In this document: positions 45,191 through 54,157 of the stretch, in pieces
How positions within the stretch are numbered: the first letter of the stretch is position 1
Layout: each line of letters begins with the position of its first letter
Source of the DNA: Candidatus Poribacteria bacterium
GTDB lineage: Bacteria > Poribacteria > WGA-4E > WGA-3G
Assembly (NCBI GenBank): GCA_964291315.2
Contig: OZ219753.1
Span: 96,001-160,000 of the forward strand
Length of the DNA stretch: 64,000 bases
Direction of reading: 5' to 3'
Notes under the pieces: generated by a model
Seen by the model: only the letters and a program-made list of their open reading frames with translations
The model's database searches: none
Told to the model about the DNA's origin: nothing
Position numbers and translations under genes: made by a program

Positions 45191-47266
45191 GTGAAAAAAC
45201 GAGCACTCGTCTGTTTTTTGATTTTTACTTTGTGTGTTTTTTATAGTTCAATTCCGAACGTTGTTTTCGGGCAGGGAGTCTCTCTCGCCCAGCAAGTGTT
45301 TGACAAGCACAGCGAGACGCTCCAGCGTGAAGATATTCAGGCGGTTTTGCCGGGTGTTCTCATCGGACTGAAAGCAGAAAACATTCAACCCCTGTTGACA
45401 CCCCAAATCATTAAGCTCGTTGTTGCAAATCCGGATATTCTAACACAATTGGCCCCAGATATAGATCAGAAATTTGTGATGCTTTTGAAAGCGGATGCTG
45501 AGCTCCAAGGCCTGATGAGCGATCCGCAAGTTCAAGAATTGCTCCAAGATCCAGCAGCGATTGACGAACTCGCGAGGTTGTTGGATGTCGGCTCGGGATC
45601 GGTAGCGACAGGGGGTTACCGAATCACCAACGGGAAAACGACGGAAACTGTGTGGGTCACGTATTCCATATGGAAACCGGCTGATGGTATGTATCCTGCT
45701 GGCTGGAGGGCAAGGGGTTGGTATGACATTGAACCCGGTGCTACCCAGCTCCTGCAAGCTCCCCATAGTAACAGACGGCTGTATATCCGTGTGATGTCTG
45801 ATGATGGTACAGAAATAGAACCTGTTGACTCGCGCGAAAGAGAGAGTTCCCTATTTTGGATACATCCGTCAAAGGAATTTACAGCTGTCCAAAGCAGAGG
45901 AGGTAATCTTTTAAAGAGTAGTCGCAATAGATCGGGTTTGCAGCGAGCACGGTTCTACGAGTATCGTAATGGAGATTCGCACACTATTCCGGACGAGTTG
46001 CGTCTTTCGGATCTCACAGGAACACAAATCTACAATCAGTCGATTGATTCCGTGGTATGGATAGTCACACCAGAGTTTTCGGGGGTCCGCATGGGCAGCG
46101 GTGTTTTGATTGACGAAGAACGCCGTCTCGTCGTCACGAATGAACATGTCACTAGAGGGGCTGAGTCTGTCTTTGTGCATTTTCCGTATAGATTGGATGG
46201 GGAGTTAAAAAAGAACATAGATTTCTATACCGGTAATTTCAGATGGCTTTATAACGCAGGGTATATTACTGAGGCACAGGTGATTGAAGAAAATTCTAGA
46301 AACGACTTGGCAATCATTCAATTGGATCAATTGGGGCCGACTGCCCGTGAGATAAAACATGACTTCAGCAAAAATGTTGAAGATAGCATGAGGCAAGGCG
46401 ATAAGGTCCACATCCTCGGGAATCCAGATACGCGTTTATGGAATTGGACTCAGGGGACTTTCCGACGTGAGCGGGAAGGCTGGTTAGAGCTGGAGGCCGA
46501 TGTACACGCTGGGAATAGCGGTGGCCCGGTTCTCAACGGTCAGGGCTTGCTTATCGGCATTCTTACCGCCGGAACAGATGAGACGCTGGGAGTCGCCGCT
46601 CCTGCGCGGAATGTGAAAGCCTTGCTGGATACTTTGGAACATTCGTATACGTTCAAAATTGCAAACAACACTGGGGTTAGGGTGTCTTATGAAATTCTGT
46701 GGTCAAATGATAACGATTGGCAGCGCTATTCTCTTAGGACAGGCCTTGCTATGACTCACCGGGCGGAGGCACAGAAAGTCCTTCAAGGTTACCCGAAGAT
46801 TCGATTTGATTATATTGCTGGTGATCAAAGCGTTACCTATCGCGCGTATCAACTGGATTTGAGTGCCAATAGTAACAACGTCCCTGTTTATCACTTTGAG
46901 TATAATTCCCGGGGGGATAGACTTGATCTTTACGCTGGCGCAGCAGCCCCAGTTTTGCCAACAGCATCTCCGCAAGAAACAGTGTTGCTATCGAATTATC
47001 CGAATCCGTTCAATCCAGAGACATGGATACCGTATAAACTTGCAAACGCGGCGAGGGTTACGGTGACTATTCACGCAGCAGATGGTCGAAAAATTCGCAC
47101 GTTGTCCTTAGGACATCAGCCAGCCGGCGTTTATCAGAGCAAAAGTCGTGCGGCGTACTGGGATGGTAAGAACGAAGCCGGTGAGCCGGTGGCGAGTGGT
47201 GTCTATTTCTACACGCTAACGGCAGGTGATTTCAGTGCGACACGCAAGATGCTGATTCGGAAGTAG
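45191..47266 (+). CDS. Secreted trypsin-like serine protease with C-terminal T9SS-A/FlgD-like domain
   Basis: AAGGAGGA RBS with GTG 45191 and a signal peptide. Triad 'TNEHV', 'NDLA' and 'GNSGGP'. C-terminal 'NYPNPFNPETWIPY...ATRKMLIRK'. Confidence 0.9.
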   Translation: MKKRALVCFLIFTLCVFYSSIPNVVFGQGVSLAQQVFDKHSETLQREDIQAVLPGVLIGLKAENIQPLLTPQIIKLVVANPDILTQLAPDIDQKFVMLLKADAELQGLMSDPQVQELLQDPAAIDELARLLDVGSGSVATGGYRITNGKTTETVWVTYSIWKPADGMYPAGWRARGWYDIEPGATQLLQAPHSNRRLYIRVMSDDGTEIEPVDSRERESSLFWIHPSKEFTAVQSRGGNLLKSSRNRSGLQRARFYEYRNGDSHTIPDELRLSDLTGTQIYNQSIDSVVWIVTPEFSGVRMGSGVLIDEERRLVVTNEHVTRGAESVFVHFPYRLDGELKKNIDFYTGNFRWLYNAGYITEAQVIEENSRNDLAIIQLDQLGPTAREIKHDFSKNVEDSMRQGDKVHILGNPDTRLWNWTQGTFRREREGWLELEADVHAGNSGGPVLNGQGLLIGILTAGTDETLGVAAPARNVKALLDTLEHSYTFKIANNTGVRVSYEILWSNDNDWQRYSLRTGLAMTHRAEAQKVLQGYPKIRFDYIAGDQSVTYRAYQLDLSANSNNVPVYHFEYNSRGDRLDLYAGAAAPVLPTASPQETVLLSNYPNPFNPETWIPYKLANAARVTVTIHAADGRKIRTLSLGHQPAGVYQSKSRAAYWDGKNEAGEPVASGVYFYTLTAGDFSATRKMLIRK

Positions 47267-47425
47267 ATTGGAAGTAATTAGCGATTAAGGTTGTGGTTGA
47301 TGGTTAATCATTGGACAGATAAGCGAGGTTTCCTCATCTCGGCTGTTTTCGGTGCCTAAAGTAGCCTCTACAGAAGAACTGAGTCGCCCTAGGTGGTTCG
47401 TGTTTTTTGGGGAAACCTACTCTTT

Positions 47426-48589
47426 CTACCAATCCTTTGCTTTCGAGAAACTGTCAATTGCCTGCTGTATCTCTGCTTCTGTGTGTGTTGCCATGACGGT
47501 GGCTCTTAACCGGCTTGTCCCGGGTGGCACTGCGGGTGGCCGGATGGCTGGTGCGAAGACACCCGCGGTGAGGAGTGCCTCCGCTACGTTCGTTGCCCGT
47601 TGTGGGCTTCCCAATACTATGGGTAGGATCTGTGTTTTGCTCGGTAGTAGAGTATACCCTAAATCAGTCAATCCTGTTTTGAGATGTTTTGCGTTCAAAA
47701 ATAGGCAGTGCCGCAGTTCTGGTGACGATCGGATTATATTGAGTGCAGCATTTGCCGCTGCCAACGTTGCAGGCGGGAGTCCTGTTGTGAAGATCAAACC
47801 GCGGGCGCGGTTGATAAGCAGCTCAATCAGGGGGCTACTCCCGGCAATATAGCCTCCCAGTACGCCGGCCGCCTTGCTAAGTGTTCCCATCTGAATAATT
47901 TCTTTTCCTTCTAGCCCGAAGTGTGAAATGGTGCCGCTTCCATCCTTGCCTAATATACCGAATCCGTGTGCGTCATCTACCAATAGCATCGCGTCGTATT
48001 GTGCAGCAAGATCGTAAAGATCGGCTAGTGGTGCGATATCGCCGTCCATGCTAAAGACTGCGTCTGTCACGATGAGCTTCCTCCGGAACATAGTGGATTC
48101 TGATAATAAGAGTTTGAGGTGTTCCGCGTTGCAGTGTTGATAGACCTTTTTTGTGGCGTGGCTGAGACGACATCCGTCTATGATACTGGCGTGGTTAAGA
48201 GCGTCACTTAAAATGAGGTCGTCTTCTCCAGCAAGCAGGGGGATGATACTCGTATTTGCTGCGTAGCCGGAACTAAAAACGAGCGCCATTTCAGTACCTT
48301 TTGTCTTCGCGAGGTTCATTTCTAGTGATGTATAAAGTCGGTTATTTCCGGAAATGAGCCGAGATCCGCTCGCGCCTGTGCCAAAGGTTTGTGTTGCCTC
48401 AACGGCAGCAGCGACGACTTGTGGGTGTGTGCTTAACCCTAAATAATTATTTGAGCCGAGGCACACGACATCGCGGCCATCAAGATTAATCGTTCCGGTT
48501 GGCGCGCTCATGACGGTCGGGAGGTGTCGGCGTAAACCGTCTTGATCTATCGCTGCGCATTGCGTGGCCAGCCAGTCATAGCTGTTCAT
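47426..48589 (-). CDS. bioF: 8-amino-7-oxononanoate synthase
   Basis: 'SNNYLGL', 'SGY.AN', 'SD.LNHASIIDG', 'FSMDGD', 'DDAH', 'GTLSKA' and 'IRPP.VP.G..RLR'. Confidence 0.92.
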   Translation of the reverse strand: MNSYDWLATQCAAIDQDGLRRHLPTVMSAPTGTINLDGRDVVCLGSNNYLGLSTHPQVVAAAVEATQTFGTGASGSRLISGNNRLYTSLEMNLAKTKGTEMALVFSSGYAANTSIIPLLAGEDDLILSDALNHASIIDGCRLSHATKKVYQHCNAEHLKLLLSESTMFRRKLIVTDAVFSMDGDIAPLADLYDLAAQYDAMLLVDDAHGFGILGKDGSGTISHFGLEGKEIIQMGTLSKAAGVLGGYIAGSSPLIELLINRARGLIFTTGLPPATLAAANAALNIIRSSPELRHCLFLNAKHLKTGLTDLGYTLLPSKTQILPIVLGSPQRATNVAEALLTAGVFAPAIRPPAVPPGTSRLRATVMATHTEAEIQQAIDSFSKAKDW

Positions 48590-48607
48590 CAGAGGTTCTG
48601 TTCCGTT

Positions 48608-49522
48608 TCAACCGGTAAACTGTCGTAAAAAAATATGGCTCTGCCGGAGGGCACGTTGCCGCAGTTGTAAGGTGCCCTCGTAGGCGCGGTCCTCTACCTC
48701 TACACAGACAGCGCCGTCGTAACCGGTATCGCTTAGCACAGAGAAGAAGCTACCCCAATTGACATCGCCAAGTCCGGGGAGTTTCGGGGTATGATATGAC
48801 GCCGGTGTTGCAAGGATGCCGACTTCGTCAATTTTAGCGCTGTCCAATCGCACATCTTTGGCATGCACATGGAAAATACGGTCAGCGAACGTGGTAAGCG
48901 GTTTCAGATAGTCCATTTGAAGCCAGATAAAGTGCGATGGATCAAAGTTGAGCCCAAAGTTCGGAGACGGGATTTCCTCAAACATGCGTTCCCAGATCGA
49001 TGGGCAGTAAGCGAGGTTTTGCCCAGCCGGCCATTCGTCTTCTGTGAAGAACATAGGGCAATTCTCAATGCCGATACAGATACCGTGGTCCATGGCAAAT
49101 TGGATAAGTGGTTTCCATACCTGCTTAAAACGGTCCCAATTCTCATCTATCGTACGTGTCTGGTCTCTGCCGATGAAGGTGTTTACAACGTTTACCGACA
49201 ATTTTTCTGCTGCAAGAATCAATTTTTTGAGATGTTCTCGATAGAGAGCGGCTTCGGTTTCGTTGGGGGTCAACGGATTCGGATAATATCCTAAACCGCT
49301 GATTGTTATACCCGCGTCGGAAACGCATTGCAGGATTTCATCCGCTTCCGATTGCGGAAATTCTGTTATGTCGAGGTGCGTAACACCAGCATAACGTCGT
49401 TCTGCTTTCCCTTTGGGCCAGCACATCAATTCAACGCAATCGAAACCGGTCTCTGCTGCGAATTCAACAACTTCTGTTAACGTCTGTTCCGGTAAAATCG
49501 CGCTTACAAATCCGAGTTTCAT
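48608..49522 (-). CDS. Sugar phosphate isomerase/epimerase (AP endonuclease 2 TIM barrel)
   Basis: 'IENCPM', 'FDPSH', 'HVHAKD', 'PG.GDV.W' and 'E.ED'. Start ATG 49522. Confidence 0.92.
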   Translation of the reverse strand: MKLGFVSAILPEQTLTEVVEFAAETGFDCVELMCWPKGKAERRYAGVTHLDITEFPQSEADEILQCVSDAGITISGLGYYPNPLTPNETEAALYREHLKKLILAAEKLSVNVVNTFIGRDQTRTIDENWDRFKQVWKPLIQFAMDHGICIGIENCPMFFTEDEWPAGQNLAYCPSIWERMFEEIPSPNFGLNFDPSHFIWLQMDYLKPLTTFADRIFHVHAKDVRLDSAKIDEVGILATPASYHTPKLPGLGDVNWGSFFSVLSDTGYDGAVCVEVEDRAYEGTLQLRQRALRQSHIFLRQFTG

Positions 49523-49695
49523 GGTTAACCTCTCTTTCATTTTTAGACATTTTAATACAGAAAGGCGGAGCTGGCAAGCACATATTCCGGGGTGTTTCGT
49601 TTTAGTCGGCAGTGATCGGGTGTCCATAGGATCCGTTAAGATGTGTGGTATTTTGTGCATCGGAGGGAAAAAGAAGATAGGCGGCGGCTGTGGTT

Positions 49696-49736
49696 AAAAA
49701 CGTTGGGGGTGAAACATGCGTTCCACCCCCAACGTT
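49696..49736 (-). terminator. Rho-independent terminator of lamin-tail gene
   Basis: AACGTTGGGGGTG / CACCCCCAACGTT stem followed by a T-run on the minus strand. Confidence 0.85.
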
Positions 49737-49780
49737 CGGTTAGTTTCAGATGTGTGTTATCTGTGTTACCGCTGTGTCTG

Positions 49781-52558
49781 CTATTTGTCAGACGATTTCA
49801 GCTCACCCCAGCGCGTTGTGAGCTTACCGCTTGCAGAGACATCCCCACGCAGATGCGTTGTCCGTAGCGTCGTGCGCACCCCGTCCATAGAGACGTCTTC
49901 TATCTGATAGTAATACACCACATTCGGTTTCGCAGCGGTATCTGTGTAGGTATAGACGTGCTTCTCAGAGGTCGTGCCGTGTCCGGCAATCAGACCCTTG
50001 GTGTTGATAACCGCAAACTCGCCGGTCTTGCTCTCACTGCGTAGGATATTGAACCCTGCGTTGTTGAGTTCGGACTGCGTTACCCACGTAATCTCAACGT
50101 GTCCTGTCGAGGCGTTGCGAACAGGACGGAAACTTGAGAGCGAGACGGGCAGCGGACTACCGAGACGGTAACCGGGGGTGCCGATATCGCTCCGATGCCC
50201 GTAGAAGGCAAAAGAGGCAAGGGTAAGGTCAGACTTCCGCCAAGAGGCTTTCATCAGCCCGTCATCCGCATCGTTCGGTCCAGAACCTGCCGCCATGTCG
50301 TTGAAGACACCGCCATAGGTCCGCACAATAGAGGTACGCACCTCACCGCGTTCGGGCAGATCCCACGATTTCGTGGTCATAGCGCCGTCTATCTTAAGGT
50401 TGCCGGCTGTGTCCATAACCATCGGATCGCCTCCGTTGACCTTTGCACGCAGCTCCAGATAGAAGCTCTCCGCACTCAGCAGCCGGCGACCGCTTGTGGT
50501 CAATCCGAGATCGCTGCGGTGCTTCTCCAACAGGTTGTATACGTAGTTCGGTGGCACATCGTTTGCACCGCTGCTCGAGACCAGCAGCAACGTCTGATTG
50601 GGTGGAATATACGTCTCTGCATCAAACGTGAACTCGGTATCCACATACGTCTCTTGGTCTGTCGCCTTGTTTCGGATCTCTAACTCCCAGCCTGCGAGGT
50701 TCACCGTCTCTGTCATAGAGCTGTTGTAGAGCTCTATCCACTGCATCAAGTTCCAGCGTGGCCCCGCATCGTACATAACTTCACTGATCGTCACTTTTCC
50801 ATCGAAGGTGTAGTCTCCATTGGAGACCTCGTTGACTGCCATGTTCGGATACCCGGGCGTGCCAGGGGAGCTCGTTGTATCAATATCTTTATCTTTGCCG
50901 CGGTCGTAACCAGCGCCCATGAATCCGAACGACTTCCAATCGTCTTTGTGAACACGGTTCTCACGAGACTTTGCACCATACATGCCTTGTGAATTGATCA
51001 TGACATCCCGACCGAACGACATGCTCCGAGAGGCGAAGGTGTTCATACCACCGAAGTCGTTATCATCAACGTCTCCTGGCTTTGCCCACGCAACAAACGG
51101 CCAGACATCTGTATTGAACTTCCTATCCTCCATGCGCTTGAAGAACCCGTTGCCGGCGTAGTCTTTGATGTTTGTCGGCTTGCCGACGTCATCGGCATGA
51201 TTCCGCGTGCGCAGCAGGATCAGGAACTTGCCTTCAGCGGGAAGTTTTAGGTCTTTCGCAACCACATACTTGTGTGAGGTGCCTGTTTTGACATCCGTTT
51301 TGTCCAAGATGTCCTGAAGGTTTGTGCCCCCAGCGAGCTTAACGCTTTTCCCAGGGTCCCGGTTATAGACCACAAGATACTCGCCGGGTTTCATTCTGTA
51401 TTTCGGCAGCACGGCGAGGCTGGTGTCCGTGAAGTTGGCATCGCCCGACTCATGATAGCCGCTGCCGTCGTCCTTCATCTTGCCCATGACGAGGCTGAGC
51501 TCATAGTTCTCTATATTCACGGCGGGATCCGATGCATCATTGCTGTTATAGAAGAGCTCTATCCAATCCAAGTTTGCACTTGACGTATCGTTGCGCACCT
51601 CGTTGATGATAATGCCGGTATCGGAGATAGCCGCGGGGTTCTTATTAAACTTCACTACATCCGCACCGCCGAATGGCACGTGAACGCTTCCTGGGGAGCC
51701 GACATAATTGCCTGTCATGTTGATCCGGCCTTCAGAAGCCGCCCAGGAGCCGGGTTCGCTGCCGTCGCCGAGTCCATCTAGTTTACCATCTTTGAGTGCA
51801 TACGCTTTCCCTGTGGTGTCGAGATTGATCTTGCGATACATAGAGACCATATCCATGGGAGGAGCGCCGGTAGCTGTGTTGCCATCTGTATCACCATTGC
51901 TACCTTTCAGCTGCCAAAGCCGGTCAAACTGATCGAACGTTGTTACAACATCCAAAGCGACTGTCTTGCGATCTCCATCTGTATATATCTCACCCGGAGC
52001 AGGTAGGGCATCATGATTCGTGTTACTGCGCCAACGGATCACATCGTCTTTTTTCAGCACGCCTTGGCAGTAGAATTCAATCCACTGCGGATTCTTATCT
52101 GTACGAGCTCTTGAAGGGTTATCTCTCCCCCACATCACTTCGGTGACAACGAGATGGTGCTTGTACTTCAGCGCCTCCGCCGCTGTCAGATCAGGTTTCA
52201 ACGTATACGCCGCATCGGCTACATCAACCTCAGCCTGTGTTGGAATTCGCAATCCGAGGGCAAACCCGCCTGTCCGGAGCAGATCCCGTAGGTCAGGCCA
52301 CAACTGGCTATAATCGGTATCCTTATTATTAACTTGACCATACACTTTCCCACTTGCTGCGGGCAAGATGCCGTTAATAATTTCAGCATCTGAACCTGTT
52401 GTATCCTTAGCTTTAGCCATAATGAAGAACTTTTTGGCTTCATTGAAGTAAAGTTGGGTGCCTCCAGTCACAACGGTAAGCTGCGCGGAGGCCTGGGTTG
52501 TTGCGAAGAGACACAGAAGTCCCAATATTACCAAAAGTCTCATTTTATTCCATAACAT
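49781..52558 (-). CDS. Secreted lamin-tail-domain (LTD) repeat protein
   Basis: Signal peptide and three LTD-like units ('VVTEVMW...QWIEFY', 'IINEV...DWIELF', 'ISEVMY...QWIELYN'), each ending in G(S/T)PG. Also 'PLPVSLSSF' and C-terminal 'GKLTTRWGELK'. AAGGAG RBS. Confidence 0.85.
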   Translation of the reverse strand: MLWNKMRLLVILGLLCLFATTQASAQLTVVTGGTQLYFNEAKKFFIMAKAKDTTGSDAEIINGILPAASGKVYGQVNNKDTDYSQLWPDLRDLLRTGGFALGLRIPTQAEVDVADAAYTLKPDLTAAEALKYKHHLVVTEVMWGRDNPSRARTDKNPQWIEFYCQGVLKKDDVIRWRSNTNHDALPAPGEIYTDGDRKTVALDVVTTFDQFDRLWQLKGSNGDTDGNTATGAPPMDMVSMYRKINLDTTGKAYALKDGKLDGLGDGSEPGSWAASEGRINMTGNYVGSPGSVHVPFGGADVVKFNKNPAAISDTGIIINEVRNDTSSANLDWIELFYNSNDASDPAVNIENYELSLVMGKMKDDGSGYHESGDANFTDTSLAVLPKYRMKPGEYLVVYNRDPGKSVKLAGGTNLQDILDKTDVKTGTSHKYVVAKDLKLPAEGKFLILLRTRNHADDVGKPTNIKDYAGNGFFKRMEDRKFNTDVWPFVAWAKPGDVDDNDFGGMNTFASRSMSFGRDVMINSQGMYGAKSRENRVHKDDWKSFGFMGAGYDRGKDKDIDTTSSPGTPGYPNMAVNEVSNGDYTFDGKVTISEVMYDAGPRWNLMQWIELYNSSMTETVNLAGWELEIRNKATDQETYVDTEFTFDAETYIPPNQTLLLVSSSGANDVPPNYVYNLLEKHRSDLGLTTSGRRLLSAESFYLELRAKVNGGDPMVMDTAGNLKIDGAMTTKSWDLPERGEVRTSIVRTYGGVFNDMAAGSGPNDADDGLMKASWRKSDLTLASFAFYGHRSDIGTPGYRLGSPLPVSLSSFRPVRNASTGHVEITWVTQSELNNAGFNILRSESKTGEFAVINTKGLIAGHGTTSEKHVYTYTDTAAKPNVVYYYQIEDVSMDGVRTTLRTTHLRGDVSASGKLTTRWGELKSSDK

Positions 52559-52918
52559 TATGTTACAATCTCCTTTATTATTGTTAAGTTAAACATAGAT
52601 CAGATAAGAATGGAATCTAGGGATGCCAGGTCCATTCTTTCTTTTCACGAAATCAACTTTATGCTGAGGAACCCCCAGCTCTCGTATGTTAATGTGTCTT
52701 CAGGGCAGCGCCATCTTCTACGGCAGTGCCAAAAGGTTTCTAATATGATATAATAATATATGTAACGCAAAAATCTAACAAAGAATAACAAGATCTTTTG
52801 TTATAGGCGAATGTATAACGCCTTCATCTGTCTGATTGATGTAAGTGGCGATAATAACGTTAACGAAACCCATCAAGTTTACCTCAAGGATTATCTTTTT
52901 ATCACATTTTCTATTTTA

Positions 52919-52947
52919 ATTATATCTTAAACTGTTATACATGTCAA
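52919..52947 (-). promoter_or_regulatory. Consensus sigma70 promoter (copy 2 of shared element)
   Basis: TTGACA (52947-52942), 17 nt, TATAAT (52924-52919). The spacer is nearly identical to that of the promoter at 5641. Confidence 0.9.
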
Positions 52948-53207
52948 CTTTTTTAGGAAAAAATCAAGCATATCCCATTAATATACATATGAGCATATAG
53001 ATAATAGACAGACTTTATGCAGATAGATTTATTTCTTAAAACCAACGTGATTTAACATGATTTTTAAACTGTGCCATACATTTCTCTGAGTGAGTGTTGG
53101 AATAGGTTAGATTAAAATCGCGACATATGATACAATCTGTTATACAGATATTCCTAAATTTCGATCTGAGCAACGTTATCTATATAATGTGAGCTTGATA
53201 AATAATA

Positions 53208-53960
53208 ATGAGACCGATGCACAGAAAACTTTGTATTTTAGCCTGTCTTATAGGTGTTACCTTTTCATTAGATTGTATCACAATTGCACGAGACGTTCAA
53301 CGGCCGGTAAGCACGCGTTATAAACAGCGCTCTGCGAGTAGAGACGGTATCGGTAAGTTCTACATGGGCCGTGAGATCTCGCGCGTGATGGGGCATCAAG
53401 GTTCAGAGTGGCTGGAACGTCCTGAGCGTGAACGTGAAGAGATGCCGAGCCTGCTTGTCAACTTGTTGAGGTTTAAAGAGGGTGATGTCGTGGCGGACAT
53501 TGGTGTCGGGACAGGTTACATCGCTCGGCGTATTGCCTCGAAAATTGGTGTCACGGGTACTGTCTACGGGGTCGACATTCAACAGGAGATGCTCGACTTA
53601 CTTTCTGAAAAGATGGCGGAGGCGGGTGTCCTGAATGTTAAAGGTGTGTTAGGAACTATCACGGACCCGAAATTGCCGCCGGAATCGGTGGATTTAGCAA
53701 TTATGGTGGATGTCTATCATGAGTTTTCGCATCCGTATGAGATGCTGCAGAATATCTGTCGTGCCCTCAAACCGGGCGGCAGGCTTGTGTTTGTTGAATA
53801 CCGGGCGGAGGACCCGAAGATCCCGATCAAACGTCTGCACAAAATGAGTGAGTTGCAAGTAATTAAAGAGGCGACACCGCATCCACTTGTTTGGGTAGAA
53901 ACCTTCACGGACTTGCCGTGGCAGCATGTTATTGTTTTTCAGAAGATTGCAGCGGAGTAG
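53208..53960 (+). CDS. Exported class I SAM-dependent methyltransferase
   Basis: Signal-like N-terminus, 'WLERPER..EE.P', 'VADIG.GTGY', 'DVYHEF' and 'LKPGG'. Confidence 0.9.
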   Translation: MRPMHRKLCILACLIGVTFSLDCITIARDVQRPVSTRYKQRSASRDGIGKFYMGREISRVMGHQGSEWLERPEREREEMPSLLVNLLRFKEGDVVADIGVGTGYIARRIASKIGVTGTVYGVDIQQEMLDLLSEKMAEAGVLNVKGVLGTITDPKLPPESVDLAIMVDVYHEFSHPYEMLQNICRALKPGGRLVFVEYRAEDPKIPIKRLHKMSELQVIKEATPHPLVWVETFTDLPWQHVIVFQKIAAE

Positions 53961-54000
53961 GTTTTTCTACATCGGTTGACGGCAATGGGGTTGAAAATAT

Positions 54001-54029
54001 TTGACAAAAAAGCGACTGCACCGTAAAAT
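54001..54029 (+). promoter_or_regulatory. sigma70 promoter of PSD1/DUF1501 operon
   Basis: TTGACA, 17 nt, TAAAAT. Confidence 0.75.
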
Positions 54030-54157
54030 TACTGCTAAGTCTGTTGTAAGAAACATATTAAGGCGTTAAGTACTGCCAAATTGCGGTTCACGCTTTTCTG
54101 TCTGGGAAACTACTTGAAAGTTGCGTTCTATCCAAACGCTGAAAAGGGAGATAATTT

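Noticed and set aside
47352-47852. 166-aa plus-strand ORF
   Set aside because: It is antisense to bioF and has no motif or RBS.
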